Positions 1 to 9,470 of a stretch of 64,000 bases of DNA are shown here, one piece after another (the first letter of the stretch is position 1; each line of letters starts with the position of its first letter). The DNA comes from Acidimicrobiia bacterium (GTDB lineage: Bacteria; Actinomycetota; Acidimicrobiia; Spongiisociales; ZC4RG35). The stretch is from positions 896,001 through 960,000 of the forward strand of contig CBDBCY010000004.1 of the NCBI GenBank assembly GCA_965203555.1, given 5' to 3'. The notes beneath the pieces were generated by a model. That model saw only the letters and a program-made list of their open reading frames with translations, did no database searches and was not told the DNA's origin. The position numbers and the translations under genes are program-made.

Positions 1-155
1 GCTTCGTAATCGGAGACCACCCGCTCCAGCATCCTGCCATCCACCAAGGTAGTGCCCGCCGCCAACACCACCCGATTCTCCGTAGAAGAGCATCCCGCCC
101 ATCCCACCGCCGCCAACACCAGGAATGCTGATATTCGCCACAGCAGGTTTTTCAC
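1..155 (-). CDS. tupA: Tungstate/oxyanion ABC transporter substrate-binding lipoprotein (TupA-like), 5' part, runs off window edge
   Basis: Manual translation from GTG at 155: MKNLLWRISAFLVLAAVGWAGCSSTENRVVLAAGTTLVDGRMLERVVSDYE; lipobox-like WAGC; directly follows tupC. Confidence 0.65.
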   Translation of the reverse strand, partial: MKNLLWRISAFLVLAAVGWAGCSSTENRVVLAAGTTLVDGRMLERVVSDYE

Positions 156-156
156 A

Positions 157-1143
157 TCAACCAGCGGTGAGCAATCGGACAGCAGATGCCTTCACCGCGG
201 CTACTACCTCGGCGCCGACCTCCAACTCCATTTCGTCCATGGCTCCCGGAGTGATCACGGCCGTTACCTCCGCACTGCCCACCACCACCGTCAATTCCAC
301 CCAGCGACCTCCCCGCCGTATCTCGCCGATCCTTCCCACCCACCGGTTGCGCAACGATCCCGCCGATCCACCGGTCCCCAGTATTGCCACCGACTCACCC
401 CTAAACAACGCCCGGCAGGGGATGCCGGAAGCCACCGCCCCCACACCCCATATCCGGACGGAACCGACCTGCACGCTGGCAAAACCCGCCGATCGGGCAA
501 GACCTACTCCTTCCCACAGATTGGAGACACCCACCACCGACGCCACCCTCGCATCATTGGGGCGGGACAACACTTCCCCAAGGCGGCCCTGCTGGCGAAG
601 GCGTCCCTCAACCAGCACCGCAATGTGGGAGCCCAGCGCCGCCGCCGTCTCGAGATCGTGAGTGACGATCACCGCTCCCCTGTCCCCCACTGCTTCGGCT
701 ATCACCCTGGACACCTCCGCCCGATCTTCGGCGTCGATCGGCGCCAGCGGTTCGTCCAACAGCACCCACCTTCCCGGGCCAGCCAGCACTCGGGCCAATG
801 CGATTCTCTGCCGCTCCCCGCCGCTCAGGCGGCTTACCGGCTCGGCAAACCGGTCTCCCATACCCAGTCGACCAGCCAGTGCGGCCGCGTAAACAGCTTC
901 CTCGGTTTCCAATCCGAGCCCCAGATTCCACCCGATTCCCCCTCGAAACAGATGCGGCGTTTGGGGAAGGTAAGAGACATCCCATTGCGGTCCTCCGTCA
1001 ATGGTTCCCGCCAACAGGCGAAGCAGAGTGGTCTTTCCCGATCCGTTGGGCCCGAACACCACTGTCCGGCGACCTTCAACCAGTTCCAATCCATCCAACT
1101 CCAAGAAGGGTTTGATGGCGGGATACCTGAGAGAGACCTTCAT
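157..1143 (-). CDS. tupC: Oxyanion ABC transporter ATP-binding protein with C-terminal TOBE domain
   Basis: Walker A GPNGSGKT, LSGGE signature, LLDEP; TOBE-like tail VTAVITPGAMDEMELEVGAEVVAAVKAS. Confidence 0.8.
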   Translation of the reverse strand: MKVSLRYPAIKPFLELDGLELVEGRRTVVFGPNGSGKTTLLRLLAGTIDGGPQWDVSYLPQTPHLFRGGIGWNLGLGLETEEAVYAAALAGRLGMGDRFAEPVSRLSGGERQRIALARVLAGPGRWVLLDEPLAPIDAEDRAEVSRVIAEAVGDRGAVIVTHDLETAAALGSHIAVLVEGRLRQQGRLGEVLSRPNDARVASVVGVSNLWEGVGLARSAGFASVQVGSVRIWGVGAVASGIPCRALFRGESVAILGTGGSAGSLRNRWVGRIGEIRRGGRWVELTVVVGSAEVTAVITPGAMDEMELEVGAEVVAAVKASAVRLLTAG

Positions 1144-1832
1144 CTGTCCCGTCCCCCCAACCGGTCCACAACAAAATTCACCACCATCGAGATCACCAGA
1201 AGGATCAATCCAGCCGCCATCGCTGCCCCGAACCTGGCCTGGCGGGACTCCTCAACTATCAAAGTGGTGAGGACCCGGGTCTCCCCCACGATGTTCCCAC
1301 CCACCACCAAGACGGCGCCTACCTCGGCCACCACCCGTCCGAAACAGGCTGCCACAGCCGCCGCGACGCCGGCTCTGGCTTCCCGAACCGCCACCACCCC
1401 CCGGGCGATCCGACCAAGAGGCAGGGCCGCCAACTGCTCCCTCGCAGCCGCCCCCAAGCCCCTGATCGACCCCGCTGTCACTCCCGCCGCAATCGGGGTA
1501 GCCAACACCACCTGTGCGATCACCATGGCGGTGGGGGTAAAGATCAGGCCCAGACTTCCCAGCGGACCTGACCTCCAGAACACCAGCAGCAAGAGCAGTC
1601 CGGCCAGAACCGGGGGAAAACCCATTCCCACACTCACCGCCACACGAAGCGCTCCTTTTCCTCGAAACCGTCCCAGCGCCAGAACCGTGCCAAGTGGCAC
1701 CCCTAACACGACCCCGATCAGGGTGGACAATACCGAGACGATCAAGGTGAGGGCCACCACAGTCCACAGTTGAGGATCTACCTCTGCCAGATTTCGGACT
1801 GCCTCGACCAGCACTTCCCAAAGAAACTTCAT
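1140..1832 (-). CDS. tupB: Tungstate ABC transporter permease
   Basis: MGFPPVLAGL and FGRVVAEVGAVLVVGGNIVGETRVLTT motifs typical of TupB; 4-nt overlap with tupC. Confidence 0.85.
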   Translation of the reverse strand: MKFLWEVLVEAVRNLAEVDPQLWTVVALTLIVSVLSTLIGVVLGVPLGTVLALGRFRGKGALRVAVSVGMGFPPVLAGLLLLLVFWRSGPLGSLGLIFTPTAMVIAQVVLATPIAAGVTAGSIRGLGAAAREQLAALPLGRIARGVVAVREARAGVAAAVAACFGRVVAEVGAVLVVGGNIVGETRVLTTLIVEESRQARFGAAMAAGLILLVISMVVNFVVDRLGGRDR

Positions 1833-1847
1833 CTTGACTCCCGGAGG

Positions 1848-1967
1848 TCAATGCTGGTCGGCAGCACGACCTGGGCCGGTGCGGACCGAATGCGCCAACC
1901 AGACAAATGTCCCGGTGGTGATGACCGCAAGTCCACAGATCAGGAACAGATAGATCCCGGTGCGCAT
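1848..1967 (-). CDS. Small single-TM protein (39 aa), below ORF-track cutoff
   Basis: ATG..TGA giving MRTGIYLFLICGLAVITTGTFVWLAHSVRTGPGRAADQH; ends 15 nt before tupB start. Confidence 0.4.
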   Translation of the reverse strand: MRTGIYLFLICGLAVITTGTFVWLAHSVRTGPGRAADQH

Positions 1968-2078
1968 GGCGCCGAATGCTACCTATCAGGAAGGATGTTC
2001 AGAACCGGGTGGGACCATCTCACCTCAGTAGCCTGCCAGATCCCCAGGGCGAGACGGTTGAGCAAAGCAACAGTCAGG

Positions 2079-2107
2079 ATGATCCTCTAAAGTTAACGTT
2101 TAGTCAA
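2079..2107 (-). promoter_or_regulatory. Possible sigma-A promoter for small ORF/tup operon
   Basis: TTGACT-17 nt-GATCAT on minus strand. Confidence 0.3.
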
Positions 2108-2127
2108 GCAGGAATATTGGAGCCCGA

Positions 2128-3408
2128 TTGTCCAAAGAGGCCAAAACCAAACGCAATCCGAAGCGGATAGCAGGAATCCTGTTGTTCATTGTGGCGTTGG
2201 GCGCCCTGACCGTGCGGGAACTGATCTCAAGACCGCCTCCTTCGCCTTGGGACGACGGGCGCCTAACCGTGGGAACTCTTCTTCCGCTCACCGGCGACCT
2301 GGCTTCTTTTGGCCCGACACTGACCGCCGCGGCCCGGTTGGCAATAGGAGACATCAATGCGGCGGGTGGGATTCTGGGTGCCGAAGTCCTCCTACACGAG
2401 GCGGATTCAGGCGATCTGAGCCAGGACATCGCCAACCCCGAAGTGGACAGGTTGCTGGGTTTAGGGGTGGATGTGATAGTGGGCGCCGCAAGTTCTGCAG
2501 TCTCCAAACTGGTCATCGACAAGATCACCGGCGCCGGGGTGATCCAGTTCGCCCCATCCAATACTTCTCCTGATTTCACCTCCTACCCCGATAGCGGTCT
2601 CTACTTCCGGACCGCGCCACCCGATCTGCTGCTCTCTGCGATGATGGCGCAATTAATGGCCTCGGAAGGTGCCGAGACGGTTGGGGTGATCTACCGGCAG
2701 GAATCCTATGGAACCGGCCTGGCTGTTGCCTTCCGAGACAGTTTCGAGGATTTGGGGGGCACAATCGATCCGTTTGTCGCATACGCCCCCGGCACGGACA
2801 GTTTCGATGCCGAAGTGGATCTGCTCGTCTCTTCAGATCCTGACGCTGTCTTCATCATCGCCTTTGAGGAGGCAGGCGCGATCGTAACGACCATGCACGA
2901 GAGAGGAATCGGGCCTACCTCCGACACCAATGTCTACGGAACCGCTGGTCACATCTCCAGCATCGGCCAAGCCGTCTCTGATCCTTCCATCCTCAGCGGA
3001 ATGCGCGGCGCGGAGAATTCGGTGGATCTGCGAAAGATCCGGATCTTCACCGACCGGCTCGAAGGCGCTTGGGACGGTGGATTGGACGGGTTCTACACCT
3101 ATGGGGCGGAGACCTACGACGCGGTCATCATAGTCGCCCTGGCCGCCGAGATGGCCCGCTCCACCGCGCCCGCGGTAATCGCCAAGAAAATCAACGACGT
3201 GACCCGGAACGGCCAAAAGTGCTTCAGCTTCAGCGAATGCCTGGAGGTGATCTTCTCCGGCGGCGATCCCGACTATGACGGGTTCGGCGGGCAGTACGAG
3301 TTCGTGGACGTCGGCGAACCCTCGGTTGCGAATGTCCGGATCATGACCTACGACGGAGGGGATCGCCCGAACCCTACCCTCGACGAATACACCACCTACG
3401 GAGGCTAG
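2128..3408 (+). CDS. Branched-chain amino acid-type ABC substrate-binding protein (Peripla_BP_6/LivJ-like), orphan
   Basis: N-terminal TM; GTLLPLTGDLASFG, DINAAGGILG, YFRTAPPD, YGAETYDAV motifs. Confidence 0.85.
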   Translation: MSKEAKTKRNPKRIAGILLFIVALGALTVRELISRPPPSPWDDGRLTVGTLLPLTGDLASFGPTLTAAARLAIGDINAAGGILGAEVLLHEADSGDLSQDIANPEVDRLLGLGVDVIVGAASSAVSKLVIDKITGAGVIQFAPSNTSPDFTSYPDSGLYFRTAPPDLLLSAMMAQLMASEGAETVGVIYRQESYGTGLAVAFRDSFEDLGGTIDPFVAYAPGTDSFDAEVDLLVSSDPDAVFIIAFEEAGAIVTTMHERGIGPTSDTNVYGTAGHISSIGQAVSDPSILSGMRGAENSVDLRKIRIFTDRLEGAWDGGLDGFYTYGAETYDAVIIVALAAEMARSTAPAVIAKKINDVTRNGQKCFSFSECLEVIFSGGDPDYDGFGGQYEFVDVGEPSVANVRIMTYDGGDRPNPTLDEYTTYGG

Positions 3409-3437
3409 GCCGATCCCTTCGCATCTGGGATCGAACC

Positions 3438-3611
3438 TCAAAGGCGGGCAGACAGAGTCTTGTTGACCGCCCTCGGGTCCGCCCTGCAAGAAGTCGCCCT
3501 CATCACTTGGCCGACCAGGAAACCTTGAACTTTCTTCTCCCCGGATCGGTAACGCTGCACCGCCTCCGGGTGGGCGGCCATCACTTCCTCCACCGCCACG
3601 CCCTTCGCCAC
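3438..3611 (-). pseudogene. Duplicated gatB 3' end (att-like relic)
   Basis: Translates VMAAHPEAVQRYRSGEKKVQGFLVGQVMRATSCRADPRAVNKTLSARL*, nearly the GatB C-terminus; 3499-3584 matches 5810-5895 with 2 mismatches in 86 nt. Confidence 0.9.
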
Positions 3612-3667
3612 TCAACCACAAACTCCAAGAGGCTGGAGGGTGGTATCTTTGGGCCGTAGGAACAGCA

Positions 3668-4924
3668 ATGCTATTACGATTCGAGGTCGCGAACCACCGC
3701 TCAATTCTTGACCGAACAGGGCTATCCCTGATTGCCTCAAATGAAAACCGGACAGGAGTACGAAACTTCGAACACCTGTCCGAGTCTGTTCTGACGGTGG
3801 CAGGAATATATGGCGCCAACGCTTCCGGTAAGTCAAACACCCTTGAGGCTCTGGCGTGGCTCTCCACCGCCGTCTGGGGATCTCTTTTGGGATGGGATGA
3901 TCATGTGCCGCGGGATCCTCACCGTTTCGGAAGTGGTCCCAGTACGCCTTCCAGGTTTGATATCGACATCGCAATAGACGGTATTCAACACTGGTACCAG
4001 CTTGAGGTGGACGACACCAGTATTCTGCGTGAAAGTCTTTGGCGACTCCATGCCGGCGAGGAACAAGTAATCTTCGACCGCAACCGCGATTCATTTACCT
4101 CCCACGAAGGATTATCCAGAACAACAGGTATCAAAGAATTGCTTACTCCTACCACACTTGCCCTCTCGGCCGGTACGAGGCTCAGGGATCCCGCCCTACA
4201 CAAATTGGGTCGAATTCTTGGGAACTTCCACACACTCGGAATCAGGTACCGGCCCGGCATCTGGCGGTTCAACCGCCCACCCAGATCCTCGCTATATCTC
4301 TTTCAAAGAGAAGAGCAACGACGCCTACCCTACGGCTCACTCTCGTCAAATAGCAAAGCAACTGCTATTGAACTGCTCCGTTTTGCTGATCCAGGAATCC
4401 AAGCAGTCGAGGTGATCGGGCCGAATGGTGAAGGACGAAGACACCCTAGACGTCGACCAGTATTCCATCACTCCCAGGGAACGAACGTTGTCACATTCGA
4501 GAAACAAGAAGAGTCCCGTGGCACCCAAACATGGTTTGATCTTCTCGGACCGGTCCTCTCTGCGCTTATTGAAGGCCAAGTCTTGTTGTTTGACGAAATT
4601 GACGCCAGCCTTCACCCACGACTGTCAGCCCGACTGATTGACCTCTTCCGGGATCCGGAAACTAATCCCCACGGAGCTCAAATGCTATTTACCAGCCACG
4701 ACACTTCCCTACTGAACGTTCTGCACGATGACGAAGTCTGGTTGACCGACAAAGAGGTCAATGGTACAACTGACATCGTAGCGCTGGCAGACTACCGTCT
4801 TGACAGGGAACAGGTTTCCACCAATATCGAAGCAGCCTATTTGCAGGGGCGGTTCGGCGCCGTTCCCAGGGTTGATGATTATGATGTACAGAGGGCTCTG
4901 GAACTGCTGTTTCCGGAGGCGTAA
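3668..4924 (+). CDS. AAA_21 ABC-type ATPase, RloA/AbiLi family
   Basis: GANASGKS Walker A, ESRGT signature, LLFDEID Walker B, FTSHD, C-terminal YLQGRFGAVP; more AT-rich than flanks. Confidence 0.85.
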   Translation: MLLRFEVANHRSILDRTGLSLIASNENRTGVRNFEHLSESVLTVAGIYGANASGKSNTLEALAWLSTAVWGSLLGWDDHVPRDPHRFGSGPSTPSRFDIDIAIDGIQHWYQLEVDDTSILRESLWRLHAGEEQVIFDRNRDSFTSHEGLSRTTGIKELLTPTTLALSAGTRLRDPALHKLGRILGNFHTLGIRYRPGIWRFNRPPRSSLYLFQREEQRRLPYGSLSSNSKATAIELLRFADPGIQAVEVIGPNGEGRRHPRRRPVFHHSQGTNVVTFEKQEESRGTQTWFDLLGPVLSALIEGQVLLFDEIDASLHPRLSARLIDLFRDPETNPHGAQMLFTSHDTSLLNVLHDDEVWLTDKEVNGTTDIVALADYRLDREQVSTNIEAAYLQGRFGAVPRVDDYDVQRALELLFPEA

Positions 4925-4944
4925 TGGCAGGATCTTCCTAGGAC

Positions 4945-5541
4945 ATGGCTCGGAATAGGTCACTCAGACGTCCCCCTAAACATCGTCTCCCCAAGCGACT
5001 TTTCCTAATCTTCTGCGAAGGGAAAAGAACCGAGCCTCAATATATAAAAGGTTTGGGTCAAGTTCCGGAAATTCGAACCATCGCTTCTCTCGAAAGGGGA
5101 AAGTCAAATTCGGATCCTGCAAGCTTGGTGCGGCAGGCCATCAAAGCTCGCAACAGCCCGTACTATAACACCCACGAGATATGGTGTTTGTTCGATGTTG
5201 AATGGCCCGCAAGACCCAATCTACTAGAAACGGTTCGCTTTGCCCGCAGTAAAGGCATCCAATGCGCCGTATCAAATCCTTGTTTTGAACTATGGCTCAT
5301 TTTACACTTCAAAGACTTGCACAAGAGCCTTACAGTGGATCGTGCCGTTGAATTGCGCCAGGAGCACGACAAGAGCGTGGACAAGAGCGTGGATCCGGAG
5401 TTGTATATGGACCGACGTGACCAGGCCGCTACTCGCGCCCGTCGACTGGATGCCAAACATACGGAGGAGGAGAGGAGCTTCCCAAAAGACAACCCCTCAT
5501 CGGGGATGTACAAGCTACTGGACGCGTTCACCCACCCTTAG
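4945..5541 (+). CDS. RloB/AbiLii family protein (TOPRIM-like)
   Basis: IFCEGKRTEPQY, WCLFDVE, SNPCFELWLILHF, NPSSGM motifs; paired with upstream ATPase. Confidence 0.85.
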   Translation: MARNRSLRRPPKHRLPKRLFLIFCEGKRTEPQYIKGLGQVPEIRTIASLERGKSNSDPASLVRQAIKARNSPYYNTHEIWCLFDVEWPARPNLLETVRFARSKGIQCAVSNPCFELWLILHFKDLHKSLTVDRAVELRQEHDKSVDKSVDPELYMDRRDQAATRARRLDAKHTEEERSFPKDNPSSGMYKLLDAFTHP

Positions 5542-5745
5542 CAGTCGAACGGGAGACACTCCGGACGTTGACGCTCGTGCAAAGTGTTCCGAATAGGAAT
5601 AGCGGAGAGTCTTCGGGGTGGAACGAACCACAGCCTCCCGCAAGTAGCGGGTTTCCGCAAGAAGGAGAGCTCCCTGGCAAAGAAGACTCGTCATGATGTC
5701 AGCGTCTGGCCCGGCATGGGTCGATGCGGAGACCCGGTTATTCGG

Positions 5746-7191
5746 TTATTGCAGTTGGATGGAGAGTATCTTGTTCACAGCCCTGGGATCGGCCCGACCG
5801 GACGTGGCTCTCATCACTTGGCCGACCAGGAAACCTTGAACTTTCTTCTCCCCGGATCGGTAACGCTCCACCGCCTCAGGGTGGGCGGCCATCACCGCAG
5901 CGACAACGCTTTCCAGGGCCCCCTGATCGGAAATCTGTTCCAGGTTGCGGGCCCGGGCCACCTGCTCAGGTGTTCCCTCCCCGTCCATCACTCCCTCCAA
6001 CACCTCCCGGGCCGCGCTGGAGGACACCCGCCCTTCGCTCAACATGCGGGTCAGGGCTGCCAGGTATTCACCCCGCAGCGGAACTTCATCCACCGAGACC
6101 TCGCGACGACGCAGAGACGCGGTTATTTCGCCCGTCACCCAGTTGGCGGCCGCAACCGGCGCCGCCCCCGACGCCAGAGCGTCCTCGAATAGTCCTCGCA
6201 GATCCGGATCCGATGCAGCCAGAACCCGGGCCGAGGAGGGGTTCAGTCCCAGGTCCCGGTACCGTTTCCGCCGCTGAGCGGGAAGTTCGGGAATCTCGGA
6301 TCGGACCGCTTTCACCCATGACTCGTCGAAGACCATGGGCGCCAGGTCCGGCTCGGTGAAGTAGCGGTAATCAGAGCTTTCCTCCTTGGTGCGCATCCCA
6401 TGGGTGATACCCGCCGATTCATCCCAATGCCGGGTCTCCATCACCACCCTTTCCCCCGCATCACGCAACGCCACCTGCCGATCCACCTCCGCCCGTATCG
6501 CCTTTTCCAGGGAGCGAAAAGAGTTCATGTTCTTGATCTCGACTTTCACTCCCAGCTTTTCGCTGCGCTCGGGTCGGATCGAGACATTGGCGTCAAAGCG
6601 AACCGAGCCCCGCTCCAGGCGGGCGTCGGACACCCCCGTCTCCGCCACCACCGCTCGCAGTTCCTGGGCGTAGGACCGGGCGTCGGCTGCGCTTTTCAGG
6701 TCGGGACGAGACACAATCTCAACCAGGGGCGTCCCGGCCCGGTTGAAGTCCACCAGTGTCTCGGCCGCGGTGTGGATTCTCCCTCCCTCCCCCACGTGGA
6801 CGGACTTGCCGGTGTCCTCCTCCATGTGAACCCGCTCGATTCCCACCCGCAAAGACCCCTGATCGGACTCCACATCCAGCCATCCGTCCACGCACACCGG
6901 TATATCGAATTGGCTGATCTGATAGTTCTTGGGCAGGTCGGCGTAGTAGTAGTTCTTGCGGTGAAAGACCGAACTGGGATTTATCCGGCAGTTGAGAGCC
7001 AGTCCCAACCGGACGATCCGATCGATAGCCTCCCGGTTGGGCACGGGAAGGGATCCCGGCAGCGCAAGGCACACCGGGCAGACGTTGGTGTTGGGGGGAT
7101 CGCCGAACGAGACCCGGCACCCGCAAAACATCTTGGAAGCGGTGTCCAACTCCACATGCACCTCGATGCCGATCACCGGCGTCCACTTCAT
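5746..7191 (-). CDS. gatB: Asp/Glu-tRNA amidotransferase subunit B
   Basis: VIGIEVHVEL, FHRKNYYYADLPKNYQISQ, HMEEDTGK, DYRYFTEPDL. Confidence 0.97.
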   Translation of the reverse strand: MKWTPVIGIEVHVELDTASKMFCGCRVSFGDPPNTNVCPVCLALPGSLPVPNREAIDRIVRLGLALNCRINPSSVFHRKNYYYADLPKNYQISQFDIPVCVDGWLDVESDQGSLRVGIERVHMEEDTGKSVHVGEGGRIHTAAETLVDFNRAGTPLVEIVSRPDLKSAADARSYAQELRAVVAETGVSDARLERGSVRFDANVSIRPERSEKLGVKVEIKNMNSFRSLEKAIRAEVDRQVALRDAGERVVMETRHWDESAGITHGMRTKEESSDYRYFTEPDLAPMVFDESWVKAVRSEIPELPAQRRKRYRDLGLNPSSARVLAASDPDLRGLFEDALASGAAPVAAANWVTGEITASLRRREVSVDEVPLRGEYLAALTRMLSEGRVSSSAAREVLEGVMDGEGTPEQVARARNLEQISDQGALESVVAAVMAAHPEAVERYRSGEKKVQGFLVGQVMRATSGRADPRAVNKILSIQLQ

Positions 7192-8672
7192 AGGGGCACC
7201 CCCGTCGGCGGCGCCAAGGCCGGAGGGGGAAGGGCGTCGAAACCTGCGATCCGTTCCACCTCCGCGGCCACGCCGAACATGACCTGCTCACCCAGGGCAG
7301 GCGCCATGACCTGGAGTCCGATCGGTAGGCCCCGTGAGTCAAGACCGATCGGGACCGATATGGCGGGGTGCCCCGAAAGGTTGGACGGAATAGTGCAAAT
7401 GTCGCTCAGATACATTGCCAAGGGGTCCTGGGTCCTCTCCCCCAATCGGAAAGCGGTGGTGGGACTGGTCGGAGACACCAGGACATCCACCTGCCGGTAT
7501 GCGTCATCGAACTCGTCTTGAAGGAGGGAACGGACCTTCTGCGCCTGCCCGTAGAAGGCATCGAAATAGCCGGCCGACAGTGCATAGGTACCCAGCAGTA
7601 TTCGTCGGATCACTTCCGATCCGAAGCCCTCGGCGCGGGTTGCGGCCATGGTGGCCGCCGCCGTGACTCTTTTGATCGAAAGTCCGTACCGCATACCGTC
7701 GAAACGGGCCAGATTGGCCGAGCACTCGGCGGGAGCTATCAGGTAGTAAGCGGACAACGCCACTTCGAACATGGGAAGGGAGACCTCCATCACCTCCGCG
7801 CCCCGTGCGGCCAGGCGGTTCAGCATCTGCTCGGTGGCCTCCGACACTTCGGCCTGATAGCCCTCCCCTGCCAGTTCCTTGACGACACCTACCTTCAGTC
7901 CCTCCACACCTGCATGCAAACCCGCCACGAAGTCGGGCAGTGGACCCGAGTAGGAGGTGGCGTCGGCCGGATCATGCCCCGCTACTGCGGACAGCAGCAC
8001 CGCCGCGTCAGTGACGGTGCGGGTGAGTGGTCCGATCTGATCAAGCGACGAGGCGAAGGCAACCAACCCGTACCTGCTCACCAACCCGTAGGTGGGTTTC
8101 ATCCCCACTATTCCACAGAGGGCGGCCGGTTGCCGGATCGAACCGCCCGTGTCCGAGCCCAAGGCAGCCAGAGCCGAACCCGCCGCCACCGCCGCGGCCG
8201 ATCCGCCCGAGGATCCCCCGGGTACCCGTTCCGTGTCCCATGGGTTGCGTGTCGGCCCATAGGCGGAGTTCTCAGTGGAACTCCCCATCGCGAATTCGTC
8301 AAGGTTGGTCTTACCCACTATGACCGCTCCCGCCTCACGCAAACGAGTAACCGCGGTGGCGTCATAGGGAGGGTGGTAACCGGCTAGGATTTGGGATGAA
8401 CAGGTGGTCTCCAGTCCCCGGGTGCACATGTTGTCCTTCACAGCCACGGGGATACCGTGGAGCGCTCCCCTGTCCACTCCCTTCTCCAACTCTTCATCGG
8501 CTTGAGCCGCCGCCTGCAGGGCGCCCTGCCGATCCAGGTTGAGATAGCAGTGCAGCTCGGATTCGGTCATCTCCGCCCGGGACAGAACGGAGGCCAGCAA
8601 CTCCACGGCCGTGGACTCTCCTGAACGCAGGGCGGCGCCTGCGCCGACGATGGTGCGGGGACCGGAGGACAT
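7188..8672 (-). CDS. gatA: Asp/Glu-tRNA amidotransferase subunit A
   Basis: [50 protein letters not shown]. Confidence 0.97.
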   Translation of the reverse strand: MSSGPRTIVGAGAALRSGESTAVELLASVLSRAEMTESELHCYLNLDRQGALQAAAQADEELEKGVDRGALHGIPVAVKDNMCTRGLETTCSSQILAGYHPPYDATAVTRLREAGAVIVGKTNLDEFAMGSSTENSAYGPTRNPWDTERVPGGSSGGSAAAVAAGSALAALGSDTGGSIRQPAALCGIVGMKPTYGLVSRYGLVAFASSLDQIGPLTRTVTDAAVLLSAVAGHDPADATSYSGPLPDFVAGLHAGVEGLKVGVVKELAGEGYQAEVSEATEQMLNRLAARGAEVMEVSLPMFEVALSAYYLIAPAECSANLARFDGMRYGLSIKRVTAAATMAATRAEGFGSEVIRRILLGTYALSAGYFDAFYGQAQKVRSLLQDEFDDAYRQVDVLVSPTSPTTAFRLGERTQDPLAMYLSDICTIPSNLSGHPAISVPIGLDSRGLPIGLQVMAPALGEQVMFGVAAEVERIAGFDALPPPALAPPTGVPL

Positions 8673-8679
8673 CGCCCGG

Positions 8680-8964
8680 TCAGTCGAGCGCCGGGGGCGT
8701 TACAAAGAAGCCATCGCGGTTCTCCGGGGCCATCTCCAAAACTTCCTCCCGATCAAGCGACGCCCCAACTTCGTCGGGCCTGAAAACGTTGCTGGAACCC
8801 AAAGGATGCGAAAGGGGCATTATCCCGCCGGTATCTACCTCCTGCACCCGCGAAGCATGCTCCAGGATGACCCCCAGTTCCTGCCGGTACCGGTCGAGCT
8901 GTTCAGTCGACAGAGCCAGCCGGGCCAGGTTGGCGACATGGGCGACATCCACATCTATGGGCAT
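8680..8964 (-). CDS. gatC: Asp/Glu-tRNA amidotransferase subunit C
   Basis: VAHVANLARL, FRPDEV, APENRDGFFVTP; upstream of gatA. Confidence 0.95.
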   Translation of the reverse strand: MPIDVDVAHVANLARLALSTEQLDRYRQELGVILEHASRVQEVDTGGIMPLSHPLGSSNVFRPDEVGASLDREEVLEMAPENRDGFFVTPPALD

Positions 8965-9017
8965 AACGGAAGGAGTTTAGAAGAAAACCGAACACGCGAG
9001 TCGCTAGCTTGTTGGAC

Positions 9018-9347
9018 ATGAATAGCAACGCCACCGCATCCCGCGACTACCAACGCCTTCTGCTGGGGGTGGGCGTGCTCGGTCTGGCCGTAGCCGCTGC
9101 CGTTACCTGGTGGCAGGGCCAGCCGGAAACCGGGTCGGTGCTGTTGCGATCCTGCATCCTGCTGGCCGCGGTCTGGCTCGCCTATCCGGCTCTACGGTCC
9201 ACAAGATGGGGAGTGGTTCTGGCGGTGGCGGGCGGAGCGGTGCTGCTCTTGACCAGGTGGCGGTTGGTTGCCGGCATCATTCTGGCCACGCTGGGAGTGG
9301 CTCTTCTATGGGGACGAATCACGAGGAGGGGTAGACCCTCAAACTGA
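9018..9347 (+). CDS. Small multi-TM hypothetical membrane protein
   Basis: Three to four hydrophobic segments; divergent from gatC. Confidence 0.6.
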   Translation: MNSNATASRDYQRLLLGVGVLGLAVAAAVTWWQGQPETGSVLLRSCILLAAVWLAYPALRSTRWGVVLAVAGGAVLLLTRWRLVAGIILATLGVALLWGRITRRGRPSN

Positions 9348-9470
9348 GGGAACCCGTAAGTTCGAATGCATACGGGGAGTCGTTTCGGGTGCTGCCGTTC
9401 CTCTCCCCTCGAGATCACCCCACGCTTCCAACGACGTCACGGCAGTGGGCCATCTTCCTAGTCTTCCCCA

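Noticed and set aside
52-1773. 573-aa plus-strand ORF (likewise 23304..24608, 25426..26607, 29853..31607, 53315..54514)
   Set aside because: Antisense shadows of well-supported genes, typical of high-GC DNA; no recognisable motifs
2014-2058. Moco/Wco riboswitch call
   Set aside because: Conserved Moco RNA elements not recognisable; kept only as an unassigned stem
5368-5393. 12-bp tandem repeat GACAAGAGCGTG in rloB
   Set aside because: Short in-frame coding duplication (DKSVDKSVD) with no sign of phase variation
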